This document shows, in pieces, positions 30,101 through 38,967 of a DNA stretch of 64,000 nucleotides (position 1 is the first letter of the stretch; each line of letters begins with the position of its first letter). The DNA is from Candidatus Woesearchaeota archaeon (lineage in GTDB: Archaea > Nanobdellota > Nanobdellia > Woesearchaeales > SKIA01), in assembly GCA_046704725.1 (NCBI GenBank), contig JBJKRI010000005.1, forward strand, positions 1 through 64,000. The letters run 5' to 3'. A model generated the notes under the pieces. It saw only the letters and a program-made list of their open reading frames with translations. It made no database searches and was not told where the DNA came from. The position numbers and the translations under genes are program-made.

Positions 30101-30189
30101 GCAACGCGGGACCCGTGCAGACCGTGGACGTGACGAGCTCGGACATCAGCGGCCCCGAACGGCCGACGCTCCAGGTGGTGCCGCAATGA
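27172..30189 (+). CDS. Large secreted Cys-rich protein with FnIII/Ig-like domains (about 1005 aa)
   Basis: Signal peptide; dense Cys modules (CGNHKLDASEQCD; SCSxY.SQSxC repeats); TNYNVTVIAVYSDG (FnIII-like); DSTPP Ig boundaries. Confidence 0.85.
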   Translation: MKTVVTVGMLLLVALVAAAGASAATVATPVCVADNGCFPGITVTQCAQLAGGTYYTSDQITATIQAECTTGCCQYTDVQGAQQQDQTTKATCDYLGGLSSASSTFQAGQQCKASTNFCQEGQTNCICGGVQITTGTYCCNNIPNSTACAPTSTTTPSATNTCGNHKLDASEQCDPTVQATNCPTIPGQTQSCTNQCDCAISPSDYPSGTNYCDPTNTACTTQSTCIASAPAPTCVSGNCVTSVPGTDKAQVSWGMDQTCSNVLSGFKVLVEGAGAAVEYPITGLLPNTTSSSQFTVTNDTNYNVTVIAVYSDGTQKPSDKWSFTSGDSQCFNGGNSFCSDAATLVTCDANNKASPTDCSKSEEQCYPTTTGTPPTPSAACEPPVVCSACDLGYASMAEYELGLPQNQQATFQLQSGGTTQNLACSQLLTPYSVNGQSVTFCYYGQTFSALKQFRSCSEVSSCSNYLSQSSCTQNACQAPGTCEWNQSVGACTAKETQFQVCDPSMDQATCEAQGNRCVYDGTQCIDRSQASCSSYRTQSACVGTTGSFTIDKADNHNVTVSDDTFGFGKCVWGTPTGSQTAVCYKDANNDGTPELDNDFTDPVTTITTDLTQTFPPNVVIHFLRSEAGTTYASLTSGACGTIQRPTSQSSVDQNAMTMNFATQTSGTQRYCLQYYTEDVHSNLEYVKQSTITVSSDALSFMSVNVTPIAKQNNVSDVNVTFEVNRMATCNASLSNDTTTFWPRHTDSYAQAFALYIHDVPNGAYTFNIQCAAQGTTITNTTALDIDVDNRIAYPFPPMGKYLPGKVSSIGVYTQQPAKCTYNNGTAQVAFTDASQPVPLNSGQYYRHYATPQDQANGYHDYPVTCTFKDGTTLQGSGADTIRYAIDSTPPVAWVQYNQSGQNITLLSGTLPAPNGGRTVDILCKDALITGYGGNWESGCKYLLLSEQGGAFTQHASLTGYQVKPGDHFAYRGVDALGNAGPVQTVDVTSSDISGPERPTLQVVPQ

Positions 30190-33100
30190 GACTCTTCATG
30201 TATATCGCGGCGGTGCTCGTGCTCGCGTCGCTGGCGCTCGCCGCGCCGGCGGGCAACGTGAACCTCACAGCGACCTACCAAGAACCCGTACAGACACCGA
30301 CCGCGCAGCTCTGGCCAGGGGTCACGAGCGGCTACCTGTCCTTCAACACGAAGCAGGACGCGAGCCTGCAGGTCACGCGCGGGGCGCTCGGCCTCTCCAG
30401 CGGGACGTACTGGTACCTGCTCGACGCGGCCGATGCGAACCAGAACCGCGCGGCCTACACCTTCCAGGTCCGCACGAAAGGACCATTCGCCATCACGCCC
30501 CTCGCGCCATCGACAGGCGGGATGTCCACGACGACGCGGTTCGAGATCGGCGTGCGGACGAGCGCGACCGCGACATGCGACTGGACATACACCACGCCAA
30601 TCGGTGACGGACCGCGGAACGCGATGCAGAGCTCGGACGGACTGACGCACTTCAGCACGAACTTCTCGGACAACCGCTTCATCGCGGGCGAGAGCGTCCC
30701 CGTCCGCGTGTCATGCCGCTCCACGCAGGGACAGAACGCGAGCATCATCCTGCCCGTGGGATGGGGGACCCCGACAGAACCGCAGCTCTCGCTCAGCATC
30801 ACCCCCACACCAGTCGCCGCACCTGGAGACACGGTCACGGCGACCATCACCGGGAACGCCATGACGAACTGCACGCTCAACGGCGCCACGCTCAGCGCGC
30901 CGAGAAAGAGCAACCTCGGATTGAAGCATGTCTTCTCCGGGCTGCCCGCGGGAGGACAAGGGACAGCATACACCGCAGACTGCACGGACGCCTACGGCAA
31001 CGACCTGCCACAGCTCGAAGGAGTGGTGACGCACAACTACGCGACCGGATCGCTCCAGGTCGTGCTCACGCAGCCGCCGGATGGTATCACAAGGAGCCTT
31101 GCGCCCGTCATCGGCGTTTCGACGAACATGCCAGCGACATGCCAGCAGAACTTCGGGACGCCGAACGCGCTCGGACCGTTGGCAGGAGAGCGAGAGCACC
31201 AGCGCGCGGTCACCCTCACCGAAGGCAGCCACTCAGGAAGCTTCTCGTGCACGACGACCGACGGCGTGAAAGGCGTGCTCACCACGACGATCACAACGGA
31301 CACCACCCCGCCGGACGTGAAGATCGCGCAGCCCCCGGAGGTCTGCGGCAAGGATGTGCTCGTGGACGTGCATGGTACCGACGCGAGCGGTGTTTCCGGC
31401 GTCATCATCAGCGCGAACGGACAGGAGGTCTATCGCGGCTGGCCGTCAGGAGACGCCCACCTGTTCCGACAGGCGGACCTCGGCGTGAAGGCCGGCGACG
31501 CGGTCACCGTGCAGGGCGTGGACGAGGCGGGGAACATCGGCGGAAAGAACAGCGTCGCCGCCGTGCAGAGCACGAACCAGAACTGCGACGTGCAAGGCAT
31601 CACGCAACAGCTCCAACTGGTGAACCCGCAGGACGGGAACGCCCAAGGGACTGACTGGACGCTCGCCGTCCAGAGCGAAGTGCCGAGCACGTGCTCGTGG
31701 CGCGTGCTTCCCAAATCGACATTCACGGACTTCAGCAGCGTGAGCCCGGACAAGACCCTCTTCACAGAGAGTGGCTTTCCAAGCACGGCCGGCATCGTGC
31801 AGGGGAGCTCCAGCACCGTCGAGGTGAAGTGCACCGACGCCGCCGGGCAGGACACTATCCAGCAGTTCCCTATCGCTTGGAACCTCTCTAAACCGACCAT
31901 CACCGCAAAGGCCTCGCCGAACCCCGTCAAGAGCATCGACACGCAGATGAGCACCGTGTCGGTGACGTCCGACCAGCAGGTGCGGTGCGACTACGACGAG
32001 GGACCGTTCACAGACTATAATACGACGCACGCGTTCCCCGTGGCGATGCCCTACGGGACGGGCAGCCGCGTCGTGAACGTCTCGTGCATCAATCGCAACG
32101 GCAAGGAATCGAACCGGAGCGTGACGATCACCGAGGACTATCCGAGCGCATTGAGCATCGTCGTCACGACCCCGCGCTTCATCGGCACGCCGCAAGTGCC
32201 GTTGACCGTGCGAACGAGCATGCTCGCCGACTGCACCGCGACAGGAGCGGGCAAGACGGCGAAACTGTCTACGCTCGATGGCGTGTCGCATACCGGGACG
32301 CTTCAGCTCCCCGACGGGACCACGAACGTCACGTACACGTGTACCGAACGAGACAAGAGCGCGCACCAGACAAGCGTGCAGCAGCCCGTGACGGTGGATA
32401 CGACCGGACCCTCTGTCGTATTGAAGATGCCGGCGTACACCTGCGGATTCAACCAGTTGCTCGTGGCGGGAACCGTGACGGATAATAGCGGTGTTTCGAG
32501 CGTGAACATCTCGTTGTTGGGGAAGACGTACACGACAACGTCACTGCCGTACACCATCAAGAACCTCAATCTCACGGAGAACAAGACCTACACCGTCTCG
32601 GTGACCGCGACAGACAAGGCGGGCAATACCGCACCGGCGAGCACCGCGCAGGTCATGGGCAAGAACGCGTCGGACGGCGCGTGCGACACCACGCCACCCG
32701 TCGTGCGGTTGAACCAGAAGGCCGGCAACGACGGGGTGCGGGTCTGGCTGAACTGCACGGACAACGTCGCGTGCGCCGACGCCTACGCGATGGGGGTCGG
32801 AGCGCCCGACGGCGCATGCACGCTCACTGACGAGAAGTTCTCCGAGAACTATTCCGTGCTGCTCACGAACACGAGCAAGGTCTGTTGGCACGTCGAGGAT
32901 GTGAACGGACAGGTCACCGAAGGGCACAAGGTCGTCGATGTGCAGCAGTATCCCGCGACGTGCACCGACGGCATCAAGGACGCGAACGAGACGGGTCTCG
33001 ACTGCGGCGGGCCGTGCGCTCCATGCGATTCAGGCAACCTCACCTGCAAGACCTCCGCTGACTGCGGCGTCGGCGGCATCTGCAGCTCAGGCACGTGCTA

Positions 33101-34598
33101 CCAAGCGCAGGTCACGTCATGCACGGCGGATGCGGACTGTGGAGCGGGATCGACGTGCGTGCAAGGGGAGTGCCGAGTGCCCGTGACAGGAAAACCGCCG
33201 GTCTGCACCTTCCCGAGCGACTGCAGCGCCAACGCGACGTGCGGGCAGAACGACACCTGCTACGTGCAGGGAGCGTCGAGCTGCTCGACCAGCAGTGATT
33301 GCGGCGCCGGAGAGTACTGTGTCTTCAGCCAGTGCAGCACCGTGACGCCGCCGATATCCGGCTGCACGAACGACAGCGCGTGCCCGCAAGGAGCGATCTG
33401 CAGCCAAGGCACGTGCTGGGCGCCCCATGTCACGAGCTGCGCCGCGGCCACCGACTGCGCCGCGGGAGGGGCATGTATGCAAGGGGCGTGCTACGCGGCA
33501 TCACAAGCCAGCGATACCTGCGTCACAGGGACGGATTGCGTCTCCGGCGTCTGCGACAGCACGACGAACACCTGCACGCAGAGCGGCTGCAACAACGGCA
33601 TCAAGGACGGGCAGGAGACCGCGGTGGACTGCGGCGGACCGTCGTGCGGCGCGTGCGGCGCGGGCAAGTCCTGCCTGGTGAACAGCGATTGCCAGAGCGC
33701 GAACTGCGTGCAGGGCGTCTGCCAAGCGCCGACCTGCACGGACGGCATCAAGAACCAGGACGAGACGGATATCGACTGCGGCGGAACAGTGTGCCAGCCG
33801 TGCAGCGAGGGATCGGCATGCCTGCAGAACAGCGACTGCGCGACGGACATCTGCAGCGGGACGACCTGCACGAACCAGACGCTCCAAGTGGACAACCCGT
33901 CGCAGCTCGGCAACGGATCGTCGTACAACTACCAGACGTCGCCCACATCAGGGCTCTCGTGGTTCGCCATCGTGCTCATCGTGATCGGCGTGCTGCTCAT
34001 GGGAAGCGGCGGCGGGTACATCTACTACGAACGCAACAGGGTGCACGCCCCGAGACGGACGACGGGACCGCCGGTGACCGGAGGCCGCAGCACAGGCGGG
34101 CAATCGAGCACGCTCACCCCCATCACGCCCAAAGAGGACTACGCGACGAGCAAGCTGCGCGAAGAGGCGCGCAAGCGTCGCCGATCCACGCGCGTCGCCG
34201 GACGCAAGGACCTGCTCAGCGCCTTCGACGAGGAGAAGGCAGAATCACAGGCGAAGACCGTGAAGAAGCCATCGAAGCCCGCGGTGAAGACCGCTCCGGA
34301 GAAGCCCGTCAAGAAAGCGGCGATCAAGGACCACACCGCTCCGGAGAAGCCCGTCGTGAAGCGCAAGGAGACGCCCAAAGAAGTCTTCGAGCGGCTCGAC
34401 AGCCTCGGACGGGACGTGCTGAAGAAGCGGTTCTCCGTGGCGAAGACCCCGGCTGCCATCCGGGACCTGGCGCGATCTCTCATGACGGAGGGCAGGGCGA
34501 AGCCGCACGCCGTGGACGCCGCGCTCGCCGACATGCACGCGAGCGGCCTGATGAGCGAGAAGGATCTCAACAAGCTGCGCGAGGACCTCGAGCTCTGA
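30186..34598 (+). CDS. Large type I membrane surface protein (about 1470 aa): Ig-like array, Cys-rich stalk, TM and basic cytoplasmic tail
   Basis: Signal MRLFMYIAAVLVLASLALA; repeated DTT(P/G)P-bounded beta domains; 3 x CxxGIKxxxETxxDCGG; many CxxxxDC modules; TM WFAIVLIVIGVLLMGSGGGYIYY; Lys/Arg-rich tail. Confidence 0.85.
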   Translation: MRLFMYIAAVLVLASLALAAPAGNVNLTATYQEPVQTPTAQLWPGVTSGYLSFNTKQDASLQVTRGALGLSSGTYWYLLDAADANQNRAAYTFQVRTKGPFAITPLAPSTGGMSTTTRFEIGVRTSATATCDWTYTTPIGDGPRNAMQSSDGLTHFSTNFSDNRFIAGESVPVRVSCRSTQGQNASIILPVGWGTPTEPQLSLSITPTPVAAPGDTVTATITGNAMTNCTLNGATLSAPRKSNLGLKHVFSGLPAGGQGTAYTADCTDAYGNDLPQLEGVVTHNYATGSLQVVLTQPPDGITRSLAPVIGVSTNMPATCQQNFGTPNALGPLAGEREHQRAVTLTEGSHSGSFSCTTTDGVKGVLTTTITTDTTPPDVKIAQPPEVCGKDVLVDVHGTDASGVSGVIISANGQEVYRGWPSGDAHLFRQADLGVKAGDAVTVQGVDEAGNIGGKNSVAAVQSTNQNCDVQGITQQLQLVNPQDGNAQGTDWTLAVQSEVPSTCSWRVLPKSTFTDFSSVSPDKTLFTESGFPSTAGIVQGSSSTVEVKCTDAAGQDTIQQFPIAWNLSKPTITAKASPNPVKSIDTQMSTVSVTSDQQVRCDYDEGPFTDYNTTHAFPVAMPYGTGSRVVNVSCINRNGKESNRSVTITEDYPSALSIVVTTPRFIGTPQVPLTVRTSMLADCTATGAGKTAKLSTLDGVSHTGTLQLPDGTTNVTYTCTERDKSAHQTSVQQPVTVDTTGPSVVLKMPAYTCGFNQLLVAGTVTDNSGVSSVNISLLGKTYTTTSLPYTIKNLNLTENKTYTVSVTATDKAGNTAPASTAQVMGKNASDGACDTTPPVVRLNQKAGNDGVRVWLNCTDNVACADAYAMGVGAPDGACTLTDEKFSENYSVLLTNTSKVCWHVEDVNGQVTEGHKVVDVQQYPATCTDGIKDANETGLDCGGPCAPCDSGNLTCKTSADCGVGGICSSGTCYQAQVTSCTADADCGAGSTCVQGECRVPVTGKPPVCTFPSDCSANATCGQNDTCYVQGASSCSTSSDCGAGEYCVFSQCSTVTPPISGCTNDSACPQGAICSQGTCWAPHVTSCAAATDCAAGGACMQGACYAASQASDTCVTGTDCVSGVCDSTTNTCTQSGCNNGIKDGQETAVDCGGPSCGACGAGKSCLVNSDCQSANCVQGVCQAPTCTDGIKNQDETDIDCGGTVCQPCSEGSACLQNSDCATDICSGTTCTNQTLQVDNPSQLGNGSSYNYQTSPTSGLSWFAIVLIVIGVLLMGSGGGYIYYERNRVHAPRRTTGPPVTGGRSTGGQSSTLTPITPKEDYATSKLREEARKRRRSTRVAGRKDLLSAFDEEKAESQAKTVKKPSKPAVKTAPEKPVKKAAIKDHTAPEKPVVKRKETPKEVFERLDSLGRDVLKKRFSVAKTPAAIRDLARSLMTEGRAKPHAVDAALADMHASGLMSEKDLNKLREDLEL

Positions 34599-34635
34599 GG
34601 AAACATTTCTTAAGGAAGGCGTGCAGAATAAGCGC

Positions 34636-35220
34636 ATGGGTCGTTCGCGCGCCGGACAATTGCTTGGTCAGATCGTGATCTTCGTAATCGGGTTGGTCGT
34701 GGTCGCTGCGGTACTGGCATACGGCTACATCGTATGGAACGATATCCTCGCGAAGCGTTGCGTGGTCGTCGGTGCGCAGTTCGGTACCGATCTCGCTCAG
34801 GCCATCGATACGAATCGTCAGTGGGGGACCTCGCATCCGGTGACCTTGTCCGCGCCGTGCCAGAGCGTGGATGTGTGCTTCATCGACCTACCCTTCATCG
34901 ACAGCTGGGCTACCGCCGGGACGCAGAGCGGAACTGCATTCCAGCCCTTCAGTTTCATCGGTGCAGGCGCTGTGCAGCCGACCTCTGCGCAGAGGTCCGT
35001 GATGGAGTCGAGTGTGCGGTCTGGAGACCTGACGAACGTCTTCACAATCCAGCAGGACGGCACCGTGCTGCCCGTGCAGAAATTCAACAGCAATCCAGCC
35101 ACGATCGCCGTCCGTAATCAGAACGATTCTGGAAGGGCTGTGTGCTACCCTGCTGTCGGTGGGCAGTTCACCGTGCGTATGGAAGGGAGGGGAGGGCTCG
35201 TCCAGGTCGGGACGCAGTGA
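34636..35220 (+). CDS. Type IV pilin-like protein, tandem paralog A
   Basis: MGRSRAG|QLLGQIVIFVIGLVVVAAVLAYGY; highly similar to the next gene. Confidence 0.85.
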   Translation: MGRSRAGQLLGQIVIFVIGLVVVAAVLAYGYIVWNDILAKRCVVVGAQFGTDLAQAIDTNRQWGTSHPVTLSAPCQSVDVCFIDLPFIDSWATAGTQSGTAFQPFSFIGAGAVQPTSAQRSVMESSVRSGDLTNVFTIQQDGTVLPVQKFNSNPATIAVRNQNDSGRAVCYPAVGGQFTVRMEGRGGLVQVGTQ

Positions 35221-35286
35221 GAAGGACGGAGAACAGGAGGAACATTATTTAAAGGGCCTTCGCGGGTCAGAAGACAGGTGAGTCGC

Positions 35287-35862
35287 ATGCGCAAGGGGCA
35301 ACTGCTCGGTCATATCGTCGTGTTCGTCATCGGACTGATCGTGGTCGCCGCAGTGCTCTACTTCGGTTATAGCGTCCTGCAGAACATGGGCGTCAAGCGC
35401 TGCGAGGTCGTGCGCGTGCAGTTCGGGACCGATCTCGCGCAGGCCATCGATACGAACCGCGAGTGGGGGACGTCGCATCCGGTGACGCTGTCCGCTCCGT
35501 GCCAGAGCGTCGATATATGCTTCATCGACCGGCCGCTCATCGACGATTGGGCGGCGAACGGCCACAAAGGGGGCTCGGGATTCACGCCGTTCAGCTTCGT
35601 CAGCGAAAAAGCAGTGCAGCCGACGGCGCCGCAGAGGAGCCTGATGGAGACGAGCGTGCAGTCGTTCGACCCGACGAACGTGTTCACCATCCAGCAGGAC
35701 GGCACCGTGCTGCCCGTGGAGAAGTTCAGCGACGTGTCAGCCGCCGTGACCGTGCATAATCCGAGCGATCCAGGGAAGGCGGTCTGCTATGCTGCCGTTG
35801 GAGGGCAGTTCACCGTGCGCATGGAAGGGCAGGGAGGTCTCGTGCAGGTGGGGACACAATGA
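35287..35862 (+). CDS. Type IV pilin-like protein, tandem paralog B
   Basis: MRKG|QLLGHIVVFVIGLIVVAAVLYFGY; own TTTAAA box at about 35248 (alternative start GTG 35278). Confidence 0.85.
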   Translation: MRKGQLLGHIVVFVIGLIVVAAVLYFGYSVLQNMGVKRCEVVRVQFGTDLAQAIDTNREWGTSHPVTLSAPCQSVDICFIDRPLIDDWAANGHKGGSGFTPFSFVSEKAVQPTAPQRSLMETSVQSFDPTNVFTIQQDGTVLPVEKFSDVSAAVTVHNPSDPGKAVCYAAVGGQFTVRMEGQGGLVQVGTQ

Positions 35863-36947
35863 GCAGGAAAGGCATCGGCACATTGTTCGTGTGGATATTC
35901 ATCGTCATCGTGGGCGGGCTAATACTGCTCATGTTCTTCCTCGTCGCGCAAGGCCAAGTGCAGGCGGGCAAGTCCAATCTCGATTTCGAGGCGCTCCAGC
36001 AAGTGACGACGATCATCGCGACGCAACAGACGAGCCCCGACACCTATGCGCAAGTGCCTATCCCGAACGACAAGATCACCTTGCAGTGCGAGCTCATACC
36101 GCCGAAGACGATCCTCTCGCAGATCAATATCGGCGGGCAAGGCCAGGACATGACGCATCTGCTGGTCGCAGGGCGCAATATCACCACCGGGCAGCTGGTA
36201 TTGTTCAACAAGGAGTTATGGTTGCCGTTCAGCGTGGGAAACGTCCTGTTCCTGACCGATGACAAGGAGATGCTCGTATTGCAGGACGCGGCGAACGTGC
36301 ACGACGCGAGCCAGGCGCTCATCGCCTTCAACGAAAGCATCCCGTCGGCCGTGGACCGGCGCGTGGATCCGACAGGTTCGGCCATACCGAACGCCGCGGA
36401 CTACCAGAACACGCGCGTCGTCTTGTTCGACCCGCCGCAGGACGTGAAGACGCTCTCGCAGTTCGACGTGCTCGACGGCGCGAAAGCGCAGCTCATGGTC
36501 GTGCGGCCGAGCACCACGGACTGGCGGCAAGCAGGAACCATCACCTTCTACAAGCCCGACCCGACACCCCCTCCGGGCACGCCCGACGCGGTCCTCCCCG
36601 TGAACCCGCCCATCCCGTACGTGGGAGAGACGATGCTGCTCGCGTTCATCTGGCAAGGCGACAGGGACAGCGCCTCATGCCTGCAAGCCAAGATCGCCGA
36701 TCGCATCTCATTGGAATCCACGCTGCAGATGGAGCGCTACGGCATTCTCTACCAGCAGGCCAAGAACGTGCAGGACACGGCGTGCTACGGCGCGTACACG
36801 ACCGGTGCGCTCAAGAACCTACGTGACGTGGGTGGCGACACCTCGAAATGGGCGGGAGCGAACGGCATAGCGGACGCCGTCAATCTTGTTGCTGCGCAGA
36901 ACCAGAACGTCCTGCGCGGCGGAGGGAGCTGTGCGACGATCTACTAA
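35859..36947 (+). CDS. Class III signal peptide (pilin-like) protein
   Basis: MSRKG|IGTLFVWIFIVIVGGLILLMFF; ATGA overlap. Confidence 0.85.
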   Translation: MSRKGIGTLFVWIFIVIVGGLILLMFFLVAQGQVQAGKSNLDFEALQQVTTIIATQQTSPDTYAQVPIPNDKITLQCELIPPKTILSQINIGGQGQDMTHLLVAGRNITTGQLVLFNKELWLPFSVGNVLFLTDDKEMLVLQDAANVHDASQALIAFNESIPSAVDRRVDPTGSAIPNAADYQNTRVVLFDPPQDVKTLSQFDVLDGAKAQLMVVRPSTTDWRQAGTITFYKPDPTPPPGTPDAVLPVNPPIPYVGETMLLAFIWQGDRDSASCLQAKIADRISLESTLQMERYGILYQQAKNVQDTACYGAYTTGALKNLRDVGGDTSKWAGANGIADAVNLVAAQNQNVLRGGGSCATIY

Positions 36948-37449
36948 GGGGCAGATGCAGGTCCTCGAGACATCGGCGGTCATCCTCGTCTTCGTCGTGC
37001 TCGTGATATTCGCCCTCGCGTGGTTCGCCAAGGCGAACCAGAGCTCATCGAGCTCGCAGCTCGACCAGAGCACAAGACTGGCGTTGCTGGCTACTGCGAA
37101 AGAAGTCATGAACATGCCCGAGCTGCGTTGCAGCATCGCCGGAAAGACGGACAGCACGTGCGTCGATTTGGACCGCGTGAAAGCGTTCCAACGATTGATC
37201 GCCAACGACCCCACGTTCGCCGCGCAGTACCAGGACCGTTTCGCCGGATACAACGTGTACCTACAACTCATCTACCCGCACAGCGAGGCGGTGAGCGGCG
37301 GGGCGACGAGCGTGACCGTCATGTCGTTCGGGCAGAGCACCCAGACCACGCGACGGGTGGCCATACCGGTCATCGCGTACGACCCAGTCACAGGAAAGCA
37401 CATCTTCAGCATGCTCGTGCTCGAGCAGCACACCGGAGGAACCGCATGA
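36931..37449 (+). CDS. Class III signal peptide (pilin-like) protein
   Basis: GTG start after GGAGGGAG; RRSTKG|QMQVLETSAVILVFVVLVIFALAWF; MPELRCS...CVD. Confidence 0.85.
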   Translation: MRRSTKGQMQVLETSAVILVFVVLVIFALAWFAKANQSSSSSQLDQSTRLALLATAKEVMNMPELRCSIAGKTDSTCVDLDRVKAFQRLIANDPTFAAQYQDRFAGYNVYLQLIYPHSEAVSGGATSVTVMSFGQSTQTTRRVAIPVIAYDPVTGKHIFSMLVLEQHTGGTA

Positions 37450-37964
37450 GCAAGGGGCAGTTCGAGATCATGGGCCTCGCGATCGTGGTGGTCATCATCA
37501 GCGTGGGCATCTTCTTCATGCTCTCCGTCTCGCTGCGTCCCCCCTCGGATCCCGTCTCGCAGGGCATCCACCAACAGTTCGCGCAGAACGTGGTGGACGC
37601 ATTGCTCAAGACAGACCTCGATGGCTGCCCGTACACCGTGCAGGACGCGATCGTCTGGAAAGCGACAGACTCCTACCCGTCCGTGCCGGGGAATCCGCGC
37701 TGCGCGACGCCCGCCGGCCTGGACGACATCATGGGCAACCTCACGCAGGCGATCACCATGTACAGCGGGATGACCTATCATATCGAGATCCGTTATCCCG
37801 CGTGCACCAGCGTGGACAGCAGCCAATGCACCGTCATCTATGAGAAGGACAACGGCTGCAACCCCCTCACGCAGCAGGCGGGACGCCCGGGGATACAGCC
37901 CATACCCACCTGGCCGAAGCCTGGACAGGCCCAGCTCGTGGTCTGGTTGTGCGAACCGCAGTAG
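37446..37964 (+). CDS. Class III signal peptide (pilin-like) protein
   Basis: MSKG|QFEIMGLAIVVVIISVGIFFML; GGAGG RBS; ATGA overlap. Confidence 0.88.
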   Translation: MSKGQFEIMGLAIVVVIISVGIFFMLSVSLRPPSDPVSQGIHQQFAQNVVDALLKTDLDGCPYTVQDAIVWKATDSYPSVPGNPRCATPAGLDDIMGNLTQAITMYSGMTYHIEIRYPACTSVDSSQCTVIYEKDNGCNPLTQQAGRPGIQPIPTWPKPGQAQLVVWLCEPQ

Positions 37965-37965
37965 G

Positions 37966-37986
37966 TTTAAATACGCCTTTCGGGAG
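37966..37986 (+). promoter_or_regulatory. TATA box with conserved downstream element (copy 1)
   Basis: TTTAAATACGCCTTTCGGGAG, 30 nt before ATG 37996; one mismatch to 41851-41871. Confidence 0.7.
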
Positions 37987-37995
37987 TGGGAACGC

Positions 37996-38103
37996 ATGGA
38001 CGAGATCGAGACCCGGACGCTCGTGAGCATCGTCTTCGTCATCATCATGATCGTCATCGTCATGGCGGTCCTGTTCGGGAAGCTCAAGGGGTTGCTCGGA
38101 TGA
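37996..38103 (+). CDS. 35-aa single-helix pilin-like peptide
   Basis: MDEIETRTLVSIVFVIIMIVIVMAVLFGKLKGLLG; correctly spaced TATA and ATGA overlap with the next gene. Confidence 0.7.
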   Translation: MDEIETRTLVSIVFVIIMIVIVMAVLFGKLKGLLG

Positions 38104-38963
38104 GACGCGGCCTCGAGCAGGCGACGGCGGTCGCGCTCGTCTTGTTCCTCGTCTTCGCCATCCTCCTCCTCGGCCTCGGGGCGGAGATCTGGAGCGGGCT
38201 GCGGAACGGGCTGGACATCCAATGCGCCCTCAGCTCGAGCCTGCGAAGCCTCGGCGGCAAGATCTCCATGCAGAACGCTTTCTCGCTGTCGTGCCCGCGA
38301 CGCTTCCTCGACGTCGGCAAGGACACCGTCAAGCTCTCGTACTTCGAGTGGGGGAAGGTCAAGGCCGGAGGGACGTACGCCTACCTCTTCACCGCGAAGG
38401 ACACGAAAGGGGATATCCACCTGCAGTCGAAGACGGCGCTCGACTCCAAGAGCTTCGCTACGGACTTCTCGCGCCTGGCGAGCTACGAGATGCAGCAGTG
38501 CTGGAAGGGATTCGGGAGCGGGAAATACGACGTGACCGGGAGCACGTCGATCTTCTCCGGAAACGCGTGCGTCATCTGCTCGGAGATCTACCTCGACAAG
38601 ACCAGCGGAGCGCCCACGACGACCGTGAACCTCCTAAACGACCTCAACACGATGCACGTGCCGTTCGCGGATTCGGCAGGGACGATGGGCGCGCAGACCT
38701 ACATGCAATACCTCTACGACCCATCGAACCCGTCCGACCCGACCACATGCCTGTCCAAGGACGATATCGACAAGCAGATGGGCGCGATACCGATCGCCTC
38801 CGGAAAGGACTACGCCGTCGTCTTGTACCGCAACGGAGGAAAACTGCAGAGCGCGGTAGGCGCGCCCGGCAAGCTCGTCGGTGCCGGCAATCCCTATTGC
38901 CAGGCGGTGGCGACCATCCCGATAGAACAAGTCTTCCAGGACTGCGACGCGGTCCTCAACTGA
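38100..38963 (+). CDS. Class III signal peptide (pilin-like) protein
   Basis: MRRG|LEQATAVALVLFLVFAILLLG; EMQQCWKGFG...CVICS. Confidence 0.85.
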   Translation: MRRGLEQATAVALVLFLVFAILLLGLGAEIWSGLRNGLDIQCALSSSLRSLGGKISMQNAFSLSCPRRFLDVGKDTVKLSYFEWGKVKAGGTYAYLFTAKDTKGDIHLQSKTALDSKSFATDFSRLASYEMQQCWKGFGSGKYDVTGSTSIFSGNACVICSEIYLDKTSGAPTTTVNLLNDLNTMHVPFADSAGTMGAQTYMQYLYDPSNPSDPTTCLSKDDIDKQMGAIPIASGKDYAVVLYRNGGKLQSAVGAPGKLVGAGNPYCQAVATIPIEQVFQDCDAVLN

Positions 38964-38967
38964 TACC

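Larger units (their letters stand above)
34636..35862 (+). repeat. Direct gene duplication (two copies of about 580 bp)
   Basis: Long shared DNA tracts such as ACCGATCTCGC.CAGGCCATCGATACGAA, ATCCAGCAGGACGGCACCGTGCTGCCCGTG and GGGCAGTTCACCGTGCG.ATGGAAGGG. Confidence 0.9.

Noticed and set aside
29847-30185. N-terminal extension of the 1583-aa ORF (likewise ORF-track starts at 25814, 37020, 37986, 48337 and 52930)
   Set aside because: The extensions overlap upstream genes. Signal peptides, RBS/TATA spacing and stop-start overlaps identify the downstream starts used here.
32950-33880. CRISPR-like or DNA tandem repeat (recurring GACTGCGGCG)
   Set aside because: The recurrences are codons of Cys-rich protein modules (DCGG), irregularly spaced and within an ORF.
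34636-35862. Possible diversity-generating retroelement TR/VR pair
   Set aside because: Mismatches are mostly third-position and not adenine-specific, both copies are full genes, and no reverse transcriptase is present in the window.
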